Shown: positions 1-12,697 of the stretch, piece by piece | Layout: every line of letters starts with the position of its first letter | How positions within the stretch are numbered: position 1 is the stretch's first letter | Source: Leucoraja erinacea | Lineage: Eukaryota | Reading direction: 5' to 3' | Assembly: GCF_028641065.1 (NCBI RefSeq) | Contig: NC_073379.1 | Location: 33,046,001-33,110,000 of the forward strand | DNA: 64,000 bases | Notes under the pieces: generated by a model | The model's input: only the letters and a program-made list of their open reading frames with translations | Database searches by the model: none | What the model was told of the DNA's origin: nothing | Program-made: the position numbers and the translations under genes

Positions 1-819
1 TTGAGTCGTGCTCTGCTGTTGCCCTCTATCCCCCGTAGGAACTTTTCTCGGCTTCATTCATCACTCTTCCTAATTGTGCTGTTAGCCACAGGGAAAATAA
101 CCATCCTGAACCTCGTACTTTGATATTCATTTTTCATTGGGCAGTTCCCCCTTGCTGCTCTCACCATCCTGATGAATGATAGTGAGTAATGACACCAACC
201 TTAGTGCCTGCAGTAATTTTTCACATAACTTATTTCGCAGTTGAGTAGTTAAAAATACTGCAAAAGATCTTCAAGGAGAGAATAAGATTCAAGCCACACA
301 CAGGCACTATTTGAAAACACATTACAATCCTTAGAGAATACTATCCACTCTGTCTGTTGGGGATTGTACCATGTGTAAGGATGTTGAATGCATTTCATTC
401 ATTTAGAGTCTTTTCAAAAACAAATGTGCAACCAGGTTGCACAGTTCTCTACTAATCCATGACTGATATTAGGGCTATGAGCAAGGAGAATGTTTTTAGC
501 TACCTCATCCTCTGCTGCACCTGCAACGAGAGAACAGGCAAAGTTCTGCTTACACATAGCTTTTAATGATGGAAAAAACATATGGCAATTATGATAATTT
601 CATGGCTGTGGTGTTTCACTCCAACTATTTAATGCATAAAAATGCTAGAAAGGTTTGTTAAGATGTGAGACTGGTTGGACATGTACTAATGTTTTATTTA
701 CTGCTGTTGATATTAACTTCTACGATGGCTGGTGAAGTGACAAGGATATTTATTGGTGCATTATATAATATCTGACAAAAGCAGGCTGGAGTATCGAGCA
801 GAACAACATAATACAAACG

Positions 820-950
820 TATATGTAGGAAGGAACTGCAGATGCTGGTGTACACCAAAGATTGACACAAAATGCTGGAGTAACTCAGTGGAATTTCTGA
901 ATCAGCAGCATTTCTGAATCCATTCCTTCTATCCGGAGATGCTGCCTTAA
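820..950 (-). mobile_element. Penelope-end-derived short palindromic element (fragment)
   Basis: GGAAGGAACTGCAGATGCTGG...GCTGGAGTAACTCAG...CATTCCTTCT..GAGATGCTGCC matches the terminal sequence attached to Penelope coding remnants at 10170-11310 and 49860-50365. Confidence 0.6.
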
Positions 951-1464
951 CATTGGACTGCTAAGTTATTGGTTTGATTATCTCTGAGAAGTCAATGAAC
1001 CAAGATTTTATAAAAGTAATGACAGTGAAACCATTGGCATTATTCAGTGAAACTGCCGTCAATGCTGCTATTTTCACATTTGCAAAGTTTAACGAGTAAA
1101 TCCAAGATTGCTGTTTGATGTAGCACATCTCACAGCTCTGCAGTTTGCAACCTTCTCTGTCGCAATCAAAGAAATGCACCAACACTGATATGGATTCAAA
1201 TTATTTACAAATTAGTTTCACTATGAAATTCCTTGAACATATTAGACTTAATTACATGAGTTCTGTGAGTTTTTAATGGCAGTTTCTGGTTCTTGGAAAA
1301 AAATCTAATTACATGTGTGCATATTTCAATTTCCTCATGAATATTTCAAGTTGGTTTCATTTTTCTACACGTTCAAAATATATTTATGCTTTTTCAAGTT
1401 CAACTTTAATAGCACGAGTTTGTTCCTATCTTTATTAAGCAGTCTGCATTGTTTAATTTGTTAA

Positions 1465-1605
1465 GATAGACATAAAGCTGGAGTAACTCAGCGGGACAGG
1501 CAGCATCTCTGGAGAGAAGGAATGGGTGCCATTTTGGGTCGAGACCCTGCTTCAGACTGGTTAGAGATAAGAGAAACAAGAGATATAGACAATGATGTAG
1601 AGAAA
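1465..1605 (-). mobile_element. Penelope 3'/pLTR fragment
   Basis: GCTGGAGTAACTCAGCGGGACAGGCAGCATCTCTGGAGAGAAGGAATGGG...GGGTCGAGACCC..CTTCAGACT; same motif as 10210-10320 and 21575-21765. Confidence 0.7.
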
Positions 1606-1784
1606 ATGTATTTATGTTATTGGATTTACAGCTTGCTTGCTGACATCACAGCTGCTGGGTGCCAGTGATCCTGTTGATCTGACATCCAAAAGCAGCAGCC
1701 GGAGGAAAAAGCAAAAGATATGCTACTGTGCTCTTTAGATCTCTATGCTGTTTTCTCTAAAGTCCATGTCAATTGAATTAATTG

Positions 1785-2200
1785 CATGCAGTCTGTGAGC
1801 TTGATGCAGCTCTACAGGATGTTGGTTAGGCAGCATTTGGAGTATTACGTGCAGTTTTGGTCGACCCATTACAGGAAAGATGTGGAGGCTTTGGAGAGGG
1901 TGCAGCGGAGAAATGTCCAACAACAGAGGGTGTAGAAATAAGGGGGAAGGTTTAATGGAGACATGTGGGGTAAGTTGAATAGTACATGGAGAGTAGCAGG
2001 AGCCTGGAATGCATTGCCATGGGTGAAGGCAGATATGATAGTGGCATTTTAGAGGCTTTTAGGTAGACACATGGAAATGCAGGGAGTAGAGAGATATGGA
2101 TCATGTACAAACAAATGAGATCAGTTTAATTTGGCATCGGGTTCGGCACAAACATTTTGGGCCGACCAGCCTTTGTGTTGCTGTGCCGTTTTATGTTCAA
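1785..2200 (+). mobile_element. degenerate CR1 LINE 3' fragment
   Basis: TGGAGTATTACGTGCAGTTTTGGTCGACCCATTACAGGAAAGATGTGGAGGCTTTGGAGAGGGTGCAG encodes the CR1 ORF2 C-terminal motif LEYYVQFWS..RKDVEALERVQ, followed by a CR1-type 3' tail. Confidence 0.75.
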
Positions 2201-3026
2201 ACATAATTTCATCATCATTAAAAGCAATTTCTAGTCAATTGACAACATCAAATACAAATGTAATAACATACACATATACTTGTTACCAGTTATTAGTTAT
2301 AGTTACTAGGTACTAGTTACTAGTTCAGAAATATTTTCCAGCCTTTGTCTAGGGTGTTTTCTTGGAAGAATTTCATATTTTAAGTTGAAAATTATGCTTT
2401 GGCAAAGAGATTAAAGCACGTATTTCATCACTTTGTTTTGTAGCCGTGCAAAGGCAGGGGTATATATAAATGGACCTAGAGCATGTTAAGATGTAAGCAA
2501 AGAAGATCAGGATGGGATGACATTTTTGCAGAGTGCAACTTATTGGTTTTATAAGCAGGATGTTGAAACATTGGATTTGGAGATGACAGAAGCATTGATA
2601 AGGATGTCAGCCTGAAATAATCTTTCAATTTTATATTACTTTTGTCAGATGTATCAAAAAATGTTCAAAGGATGAGTGATTTTATGAGTGCAATGTTTCA
2701 TGTGTACCAAAATATAAAGACAAAGCTGAATTGTGTGCAAGTGGATGAAGCAGCAAAGATATACACAACTGGCACTTTTTATTTACAACAGCAGCAAAGA
2801 TTTGCCTCAGCAATGTGTGCAACTTCTGCATCATGCTGTACAGTCATGGTCACCAATGTTGTCAATGTGCAGGTATCTGGATGGATTTCATGGTGTTCAT
2901 CTGCTATTATTGCAATACTGAAGAATTTTCTGCTTATTTTCACATTTCACATTTCACATACTTGCATAACTATTTCAGCAGGCAGGTTGCCAGCGCCAAG
3001 GTTTGATGTCAAGTGAACTGATCTAA

Positions 3027-3569
3027 AGGGGCTGTCCCACTACAGCGACCTAATCCACGAGTTCAGACGAGTTTGCCCTCGACTCATACTTGCAGCATTG
3101 TCGACACGAGGTCCTAGGAGGACTTTGTAATTCTCCTTCATGCTCGAGAGTAGTCACTGCATATTCGAGGCTTCTGCTAGGTCGCGACGTATTTTTCAAC
3201 ATGTTGAAAAATGCCCGTGAGTTTTAAAAAAAAGTCGACATGGAAAAAATCGATTTTTTTACTCGTAGGTTTAGACAAAGTAGGTCGTAGTAGGTCGGCA
3301 TGTTATTTATAAGTAATTGAGGGGAGTTTAAGGTATTCGAAGGTAGTCGTGGATAGTCTTCAACATAGTTGAAGGGAGGTCGAAGGAGGACGTTTTCACT
3401 CTCCACTATTTGGTGTCCAATGTTCCCGAAGCTAGTCGAAGCTATTTTTCAACATAGTCGAAGGAGCTCTTCTACATAGTTGAAGGAGGTCTTCAACATG
3501 ACATTTTTTTCAAACTCTCCAAAACTCTTCTAAACTGGCCAATTAGGTCGCCGCAGTGAGACAGCCCCT
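3027..3569. mobile_element. MITE, PIF/Harbinger-like non-autonomous DNA transposon
   Basis: TIRs AGGGGCTGTCCCACTACAGCGACCTAAT / ATTAGGTCGCCGCAGTGAGACAGCCCCT; flanked by TAA (left) and TTA (right); no transposase; internal GAAGGNAGTC-type micro-repeats. Confidence 0.8.
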
Positions 3570-3958
3570 TTAGATTGTCAAGTGACATGGTCGTTTATTG
3601 TGCTCAATATGGTAGCCCACTCAGAAGGGCATCTCCTAGTCCATCTTGCAAGGATTAGTGTGCACACCCAGGATCAAGCAACTGACGAGAAAGATAATGG
3701 GAAGTACTACCTACAAAACTGCAGGAGCATGGGCAAGCTCAGAATTAGAAGAGCTATGAATGATTAGGGTATTCTTGTTACACATTTAGATTGTTGAAGT
3801 CCACAACTGATACATAAGCAAAGATATTGCAACTTAATGTGTCCTTCGAACAATGTGTGATAATAGCAATAGATGCATTTCTCAATGAGCATGTGGAGGA
3901 TAACATGAATTGACAGATAGCATTATCAAAAGGTGGGAAATGATTAAATGCCAATGCT

Positions 3959-4258
3959 GGCACAATGGCGGCATCCAGGTGCAACTAGATACTCGGCTTT
4001 GATCCCCACCTCTTGTGCTGTCTGTGTGGAGTTTGATCTCTGTTGCAATGTAGGTTTCCTCTTGGTGCTCTGGTTTCTTCCCACTTCCCAAAGACAAGTG
4101 GGTTTGTAGTTTATTGGCCTCTGCAAATTGCCCGTGGCATTTAGGGAGTGGACGTGGAAGTGGGATAACATAGCAAGAATGTGAACGAGTGATTGATGGT
4201 CAACATGGAGCTGGTTGGCTGAAGTGGCTGTTTCCCAGCTGTATCTTTCAATCAAAAA
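3959..4258 (+). mobile_element. tRNA-derived SINE (HE1/V-SINE-like), degenerate
   Basis: GCTGTCTGTGTGGAGTTTG...GGTTTCTTCCCACTTCCCAAAGAC...AAATTGCCC central domain plus CR1-like tail GAAGTGGCTGTTTCC..GCTGTATCT; similar to the copy at 54160-54455. Confidence 0.7.
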
Positions 4259-4839
4259 CCAGTGGAAATACACAGGCATAGCAGTGACCATTATAAAGAA
4301 CAAACAGGATTCTCAAAAACTAAAGATGTTGGAATACGATAAGTTTAAACCTGCAGTTTGAGAGGGAGAGGGTCAAATCAGAAGTATTAGTATTGCAGGT
4401 AAACAAAGGGGGCTATGGAAGCATGAGGGAGGAGCTGACCAAAGTTGACTGGAAAGGGACCCTACCAGGGATGACGGTGGAACAGCAATGGCGGGTATTT
4501 CTGGGAATAATCCAGGAAGAAAGATTCAAAAGGGAGTAAGAGGCGACCGTGACTGACAAGGGAAGTCAAGGACAGTATAAAGAGAAGACGTATAAAATGT
4601 GGAAAGTCAGAGGATTGGGAAACTTTTAAAGATCAACAGAAGGTAACTAAAAAGGCAATACGGAGAGAAAAGACGAAGTACGAAGGTAAGCTAGCCAAGA
4701 ATATAAAGGAGGATAGTAAAAGATTATTTAGGTATGTGAAGAGCAAACAATTAGTTAAGACAAATGTAGTTCCTTTGAAGAAAGAAACAGGTGAATTTAT
4801 TATGGTGAACAAGGAAATTGCAGACGGGTTCAACAGGTA

Positions 4840-6497
4840 CAGGTGCACAACCTTTTATCCGAAAGCCTTGGGACCAGACACCTTTTGTAATTCAGAATTT
4901 GTCGGTCTTCGGAATGGAAATTTTTTTGCGTAGATTTTAATGGCTGGCTCAGTGGTAGAGTGCTCGGCTCATATCCGCAAGGTCGCGAGTTTGCGCCTTG
5001 ATCCCGGCAGAAGAAGTTGGAGCGGGGCTGGGCTGCTGCTGCTGGCTGTGGGTCTCTGGGATCTCTGTGCTTGCGGTGGGCCTGGTGGTCGACGTCCAAT
5101 TGGTCCTGACGTCTCCGGTGACTGCACTGAACCTGCAGCCATCGCCGTCGTGAAGACAGTACAAAGCCCCCACGCCGGTGCAATGAGCGGGGAGCTGGAG
5201 AGGGGAGGGAAGGGGTCACACACATGGCCGGGAAGCAGAGGGGTGTAGGTGGGGTGAAATTGAAGGGAGCGACAATCTGCTGCTGCCTGCACGCTGAGTT
5301 TAAAAGTTCCCACGCAAGACTCACGATACACTGTGTATCGTGTCTACCGTGGGAACTTTTTAACTCAGCGGGCAGGTAGCAGCAGATTGTCAATTATTAA
5401 CCCCCCGCGCAATATACTCTCACCTTCTCTTTTATGAATGGGGATTTAGTTCCCCTTTCTTCGAGGACCGACCCGAGGTTCCGCTGTCACCTCTGCGGGC
5501 CGCCCTCGGTGAACGTCCTGTCTCCCTGTCCCTGGGATAGTAGGGGGCGATCAAACAGCACAATACCCCCCTCCCCCTCCAACTTCAGAGGAATCCGCTC
5601 CCCGATGGGCCGCTACGGCGACAAGTGGCAGTTCGCCCACAGCCCGAGCTGCGCGACCCCAAGAACAAGAAGTACCTTCCACACTATCAGCTTCTGCCCA
5701 TACACTGCGTGTTCCTCTGAAGTTGGAACGGGGCTGGGCTGGAGTTGCTGATCTGGGATCTCCGTGCTTGCAGTGGGCCTGGGGGTCGGTGTCCCGATGA
5801 GAGGGTGCAGCTCGGGCTGTGGGCGAACTGCCACTTGTCGCCGTAGCGGCCCATCGGGGAGCGGCTTCTGGTGGTCCTGACGTCTCCGGCCAGTTTGCAG
5901 TTTTCCTCTGGAGTTGGAACGGGACTGGGCTGCTGCTGGCTGTGGGTCTCTGGGATCTCCATGCTTGCGGTGGGCCTGGGGGTCGGTGTTCCGTCGGTCC
6001 TGACGTCTCCGGTGACTGCACTGCGCTGCTAGAATCACCGATGTGAAGACAGTGCAAAGCCCCCGCGCCGGTGCAATGAGCGGGGAGCTGGAGAGGGGAG
6101 GGAAGGGGTCACACACATGGCCGGGAAGCAGAGGGGTGTAGGTGGGGTGAAACTGAAGGGAGCGACAATTTGCTGCTGCCTGCACGCTGAGTTAAAAAGT
6201 TCCCACACAAGACTCACGATACACTGTGTATCGTGTCTACCGTGGGAACTTTTGAACTCAGCGGGCAGGTAGCAGCATATTGTCAATTATTAACCCTCCC
6301 GCGCAATATACCCTCACCTCTTTTATGAATGGGGATTTAGTTCCCCTTTTTTCGAGGACCGACCGGTGGTTCCGCTGTCACCTCTGCGGGTCGCCCTCGG
6401 TGAACGTTTTCAAGGACCTTTCTTCAAGGACCGAAAAAATGGCCGCTATTCGGAGGTTTTCGTTATTTGGATCGTCGGATAAAGGGTTGTGCACCTG
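4840..6497. mobile_element. non-autonomous Tc1/mariner (pogo/Tigger-like) DNA transposon nested in CR1
   Basis: TIR CAGGTGCACAACCTTTTATCCGA / TCGGATAAAGGGTTGTGCACCTG; TA duplicated at 4838-4839 and 6498-6499; removing the element restores the CR1 frame FNRYFGSVFTKEDT. Confidence 0.9.
4941..5009 (+). pseudogene. tRNA-Met(CAT)-like sequence inside the DNA transposon
   Basis: A-box-like TGGCTCAGTGG; CGG-CTCATAT-CCG anticodon-arm-like fold with central CAT; AGGTCGCGAGTTTGCGCCTTG resembling a degenerate T arm; acceptor stem not intact. Confidence 0.55.
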
Positions 6498-7954
6498 TAC
6501 TTTGGTTCCGTCTTCACTAAGGAAGACACAAACAATCTCCCAGATGTACTGGGGACAGAGGTCCTAGGGTGATGGAGGAACTGAAGGAAATTCACATTAG
6601 TCAGGAAATGGTGCTGGGCAGACTGATGAGACTGAAAGTTGATAAATCTCCAAGGCCTGATCCCAGGGTACTCAAGGAGGTCGCTCTAGAAATCATGGAC
6701 ACATTTTCCAATGTTCGATAGATTCTGGATCGGTTCCTGTGGTTTGGCGTGTAGCTCATGTTATCCCATTTTTTAAGAAAGGAGGGAGAGAGAATGCAGG
6801 GAATTATAGACCAGTTAGCCTGACATTTGTGGTGGAGAAGATGCATGTCAATTATTAAAGATTTAATAGCGGCACATTTGGATAGCAGTAACAGGATCGG
6901 TCCAAGTCAGCATAGATATACGAAGAGGAAATCAAGCTTGACAAATCTTCTGGAATTTTTTGAGGATGTAACAAGTAAAATGGACAAGGGAGATCCAGTG
7001 GATGTAGTGTACCTAGCCTTTCAGAAAGCCTTCGATAAGGTCCCGCACAGGAGATTAGTGGGCAGAATTAGAGCACATGATATTGGGGGTAGGGTATTGA
7101 CATGGATCGAAAATTAGTTTAGTTGCAGCTTAATGTGGATAAATGTGAGGTTATCCACTTTGGTGTCAAGAGCAGGAAGACAGATTATTATCTGAATGGT
7201 GTCAGATTAGGAAAAGGGGAAGTACAACAAGACCTGGCTGTCCTTGTACATCAGTCACTGAAAGTATGCATGCAGGTACAACAGGCAGTGAAGAAAGCTA
7301 ATGGCATGGTAGCCTTCATAACGAGAGCAGTTGAGTATAGGAGCAAAGAGGTCCTTCTGCAGTTGTACAGAGCCCTGGTGAGACCACACCTGGTGTATTT
7401 TGTGCAGTTTTGTTCTCCAAATTTGAGGAACGACATTCTTGCTATTGAGGGAGTGCAGCTTAGGTTCACGAGGTTAATTCCCGGGATGGCGGGGCTGTTT
7501 ACGATGAAAAAATTGAGCAACTGGGCTTGTATTTACTGGAATTTAGTAGGATGAGAGGATATCTTTTAGAAACATATTACATTTTTAAAGAATTAAACAA
7601 GCTAGATGCAGGAAACATGTTCCCGATGTTAGATGATTCCAGAAACAGGGGTCACAGATTGTGAATAAGGGGTAGGCCATTTAGAACTGAGATGAGGAAA
7701 CACTTTTTCACACAAAGTTGTGAATTTGTGAAATTCTCTGCCTCAGAATGCAGTGGAGGCAGATTCACTGGATGCATTCAAAAGCGAGTTAGATAGAGCT
7801 CTTAGGGCTAGCGGAATCAAGGGGTATGGGGAGAAGGCAGGAACGGGGTACTGATTGTGGATGATCCGCCATGATCACATTGAATGTTGGTTCTGGCTCA
7901 AAGTGCCAAATGGCCTTCTTCTGCCCCTATTGTCTATGTATCTATGAATCAAGT

Positions 7955-8140
7955 AAAACACAACGTGCTGGAGGGACAGCAGATCAGGCAGCATCTGTGA
8001 AGGGAATGGACAGATGCGACGCTTCAGATCAGGACCCTTCTTTTTTGAGTCTGAACAAGTGTTCCGACATGAGACATTGTCTGTACATTGCCTCCAGAAA
8101 TGCTGACTGGCCAGCAGAGGTACTCCAGCACTTTGTGTAT
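7955..8140. mobile_element. old Penelope-end-derived palindromic element
   Basis: GTGCTGGAGG..CAGCAGATCAGGCAGCATCTG mirrored by AATGCTGACTGGCCAGCAGAGGTACTCCAGCAC. Confidence 0.6.
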
Positions 8141-10169
8141 CACTCCATGAAGAATCCAAGTGTTGGCTTTTAAAGAAAGGGGTGAAAATATTTACTTGAA
8201 GGAGGCTGTTGATCTTGTCTTCTGTTGGACAGAAAACTGTGTTTTGTATAATTAGAGGCTGGTTTCAGAGGGAGGTAAGGTGAATACTTTGGAGGGATCT
8301 TGGGTAACCCAACAAGAAACAACTAAAATTAATCTACTGATTTGACAGAAGAAAAATAAAATAGAGCTCTTGAATTTTCACAGGTTGAAAATATTGCCAA
8401 GCATATTTAAAGCAGATTATTTATCCAAAAGTGTAGTCACAGAACTGTAAAGACATAAACTAACATTTTCTGAAACAAGAGTATAGAAAATGTTCCACAG
8501 CAGAGCATATGATTTATGACATTTTCCTTGGCATCAGGCTTGATTGTGTGCCGAACAGTCCTTTAAAAGTGATCTGGATGAATATTCTGTGAGGAAGGTT
8601 CCAATTATGAAGATTCTCATGGATGATTATATCCTCCATGGGAGGACTTCACAGTGCATTGCCTGGAGCATTGATGTATCAGTTATATATAGAGAACAGG
8701 CCAGTATGGCTGAATATTCCCAACTGAAACATTAAACCCATCTCCTGCATGTTTTCTTGATTACTTCAGGAGGTCGGGGAGGGAGATATCTTCCAGGGAT
8801 TTATCCTGGAAACATTACCTTTTGGTTATTGAATGACCTCGGGAGGAATAAATGTGCTTGTGAAACCGAAGGAGTAGTCATGACGACTGAACATTTCTCT
8901 TTCTAACTTCAGTGAGGGAATGGGAATCAAATTGGGTACATGCAGAGAGAATTGAAGGAAAAAAAAACAAGTATGGATTAAGGAGCAAAGTATAGCACAA
9001 CACTGGTGCAGCAGATTGTGTCCTGACCCCTGATGCTTGCACATTCATCCTGTTATCATGTGGATTCCCTTACTTCTCCATCCCCAACCCCCACCTCCCA
9101 ACCCTGGTGCCCTGGTCCTCCCACATCCCAAAGGTCTGGTTGGGTAGTTAATTGTCCATTACACATTGTCTCTGGCATGTGCACAAATGGAAAGGTAATT
9201 AAAAGGGAATTGATGGGCTTGTAAATTCCAGGAATAAAGGGAAATAAGGAAAGAAAGAATGGAACAGATGGATTGCTCTGCTGGGATTTGTGTTGGGACC
9301 AGCAGTGGCCTCTTGCATCATATTCAGTAAGTAAAAATAAACAAAGTACATTATTTTCAAAATGTCCAAGAATTTACTTTTGTTGGAAGGGGAGTGGACC
9401 ATTTAAATAGCTCCCGTTCAGAGCCAAGGATGTGATTTGGCAATGTATTAATAATTAACGTCATTAAAAGGGTAAGGCACTCTTAATTACCATTTCACTT
9501 TCTATAGCAGGTTTAATGGGCAATTTATGTGCAAACCCCAGCATCTCTAAAAAGACACCATTTAAAATCACCAGCAAATACCGTTGATCCATGGATATGC
9601 TGCCTACTTCTCACATTAATTGAGTGTGCAATGTCGACGCGTGATCACTATCACTGCAAAATTTGATGCTTTATCAAGAAGATGGGCTCGTGTATAAAGC
9701 TGTCAAATGATGCAAAATTGAAGCTCTCCATCCTCAGCTCTCATGCCCATTAGTAGTCTGACATAACGTCTAGACAACTAAATTAAACCAATTAGTTAAT
9801 AAAATCGTAAAATATTCTTGATTTCATCCTAGTCTCAGACTTGCATCCAAACGTAAAACTGTGTTGTTCCAATTTTAAGTGCTGTGCCATTTATCTAGTA
9901 TACATTTTGGTTTGACAATGAATTTCCCAATGCACACCGCCAACTATACATTTCAAGATTTTCTCCCTTTAAATATTTGCAAGAATGCATTTTTCCAACT
10001 TATTATTTACAGGATGTGAACAACACATTTATTGTTCAGGCCTAATTACACACTAAAATCTGTTCTGGACCATTCATCAGAAAGGTTAAGAATCGAACAC
10101 ATTACTATGGATTTGAAGTCACATACAGCCAGGGTTCCAGAGTTCCTTCCCTGAAACCCATTGATGATC

Positions 10170-11310
10170 CTGATGTGCAGAAAGGAACTGCAGATGATTG
10201 TTTAAACCAAAGAACCTGGAGAGAAGGAATGGGTGACATTTCGGGTCGAGACCCTTCTTTAGACTAGTCAGGGGAAAGGGAAATTAGAGATATAGACAGT
10301 GATGAAGAGAGATATAGAACAAATGAATGATAGATATGCCAAAAAATAATGATGATAAAGGAAACAGGCCATTGTTAGCTGATTTTAGGGTGAAAATGGG
10401 AAGCTAGTGCGATTTGGGTGGGGGAGGGACAGAGAGAGAGGGAATACCAGGACTACATGAGGTGAGATAAATCACAATTCATACCACTGGGCGGTAAGCT
10501 GACAAGCAAAATATCAGATGCTGTTCCTCCAATTGGAGATTACCCTCACTCTGACAATGGATGAGACCTAGGACAGAAAGGTCAGTGTGAGAATGGGAAG
10601 GGGAATTAAAGTGTTTGGCAACTGGGAGACTCATGGAGAGATCCCGTTGGAGGTGGCAAAAATGTCGGAGGATTAGGTAATGTATTCAACGGCTGATGGG
10701 GTGAAAGGTAAGGACTAGCGGGACTCTGTCTCTGTTGTGAATAGGGAGAGGGGGAGGAAGGGCAGAGCTGTGGGGTATCGAGGAGACACATGTGAGGGTC
10801 TCATATATGAAGGAAGAGGGGAACCCCCGTTCCCAAAAGAATGAGGATATCTCGGATGTCCTGGTATGGATCACCTCATCTTGGGTGCAGATACGGCGTA
10901 GACGGAGGAATTGTGAGTAGGGGATAGAGTCTTTGCAGGAAGCAGGGTGGGATAGTTGTGGGAGTCAGTGGGTTTGTAATAGATGACAGTCGATAGTCGA
11001 TCTCCTGTGATGGAGACGGTGAGATCAAGAAAGGGGAGGGGGAGGTGTCAGAGATGGTCCAAGTTAATTTGAGTGCGGGATGTGGAATTGGTGGTGAAGT
11101 TTATGAAAGCCCATGATTTCTGCATGGGTGCAGGAAGGAGCACAAATGCAGTCGTCAATGTAACAAAGATAGAGTGTGGGGATAGCGCCAGTGTACGCCT
11201 GAAACAGGGATTGTTCAACCTACCCTACAAAAAGCAGGCATAGCTGGGGCCCGTGCAAGTGCCCAAAGCTACGCCTTTGATTTGAAGGAAGTGGGAGCAG
11301 TCGAAGGAGT
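10170..11310 (-). mobile_element. Penelope-like element remnant (RT, GIY-YIG C-terminus, pLTR)
   Basis: Minus strand reads FLQIKGVALGTCTGPSYAC (PLE GVAMG motif), LRLRRICTQDEVIHTRTSEISSFFWERGFP, PLVLTFHP, LEEQHLIFCL; internal deletion and frameshifts. Confidence 0.88.
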
Positions 11311-11766
11311 CCAGATGTTCTTCGTAAGAGACAAAACAATAATTTAATACTTGCCCTTTAATACTTGTACTGGCTCTATTATTCCAGATTTCCTAAATGG
11401 CATTAACTTAGATTGTGCAAATGTTTGAGTAAGGTTCATGCTCATATCTCTGAATCAATAGTCCAGACCAGCAGATGACCATAATGCCACTTCTCCTTTG
11501 TCTGTTACGAGAGGGCATGCTTTCTTAAACAAAATACCATTAATCTCCTGAGATTCTTGACCTCTGAACTGAAGCATTCCTTACAAATTCCAAAAGATGC
11601 ATTTCAATGACAGCAACACAATTTCTTCTTGTACTCCTCTCATGACCCTCATTTTCTCTTCTAAGAATTTTAATTTAATGTTTCAAAGCCAAAGGCAGTT
11701 CTCGTTTTTCATGATCAAATAAAAGTAATATCTTCCTCAATGGTTATTCCCTTTCAAAATTAGTTA

Positions 11767-11850
11767 AGGGCCTGTCCCACTTGAGCGTCATTTGCGCGTA
11801 ATTTATGCAACATCATTTACGTGTCACAACGCGCAAATGACGCCCATGTT
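11767..11850. mobile_element. truncated PIF/Harbinger-like mini-MITE
   Basis: TTA-AGGGCCTGTCCCACTT terminus as at 42789; subterminal GCGTCATTTGCGCGT inverted as ACGCGCAAATGACGC; outer right TIR missing. Confidence 0.6.
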
Positions 11851-12694
11851 TAGTCTCTCCTGGTTTCTATCTAACCAGTGGGGACTTGGTCGGCATTGAG
11901 AGCATTTCTTACTGCCAGCTGCAAGCATTAGGCGCTCACAGAGGGAGGACAAGCTCAGGCTACATTGTCCCTGTTTGCCAGCTGCCTTTATGTCAATTAA
12001 ATACATTCTCATTTTCACCTAAGCCGAAAAGCTAAACATTCATGATGCGTTACCCTGCCTGCCATGGTTCTGCACTGAAGATTTTGAAAAAAAGGCCTCC
12101 ATTCACTGATGTTCATATGAGACCTAAGTGTCAATCCTAAATAAAATCTTAAATTACAAGGGTCTGATAAATAAATAACTATTTTTCAAGCATGCCACTG
12201 TAATTAATTAATGAAAAAACAATAGGGTTCTAATTACATGAAAGATAAACTGGGCTATTATCAGTCACAGTGTTTGTGCTAAAACTCTAATGTGATTTAT
12301 CTTTGTAAGACATGCATGGTGTATAGAATATTGTGTCGCTCATCAATGGCCTATGTCCTATTTGTCATTGTGTGTATTTCCAGTACATAAATGTAGGTCA
12401 TTAATGAATTTCAATTTATTGGGAATGATTGAAATCCAGGCTCAGCTTTTCAGTGAAAATGTGAGAAGATTCTACTCTGACAAGAAGCTGATGTTATTTT
12501 AAAGTATAATGCAAGGAATTACCAAGTACTTGTCACTTAGAATTTGGCCATTTGCTCCAATTATGCTATGAATGAACAGATTAGGAGCATGGTAGGCCAC
12601 TCAAGTCTGCAATGGTATTCAACGAGATGGTGGTTGGCTTGACTGTAATGTCAACTCCCCATTCATGTCTATCTGTGGTAACTTGTAACCCCCC

Positions 12695-12697
<3 letters not shown>

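Larger units (their letters stand above)
4370..7945 (+). mobile_element. 5'-truncated CR1 (HER1-like) LINE ORF2 with 3' tail; interrupted at 4840-6497 and with an internal deletion near 7115
   Basis: NYRPVSLT (~6802), LTNLLEFFEDVT, VDVVYLAFQKAFDKVPH (ORF 6827-7117), KCEVIHFG and LYRALVRPHL (ORF 7123-7554); GVPQG/FADD RT core absent; tail ending ...CCTATTGTCTATGTATCTATG. Confidence 0.93.

Noticed and set aside
2642-3016. 124-aa ORF in unique sequence
   Set aside because: Non-ATG start, no domain, no convincing splice signals; consistent with chance
3330-3500. Short recurring GAAGG/CAACATAGT units resembling a CRISPR-like array
   Set aside because: Irregular micro-repeats inside a MITE; no constant repeat-spacer period; eukaryotic context
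4830-6286. Multiple overlapping 100-190 aa ORFs, considered as a possible transposase
   Set aside because: No DDE/HTH motif; ORFs on both strands arise from GC-rich duplicated non-coding sequence
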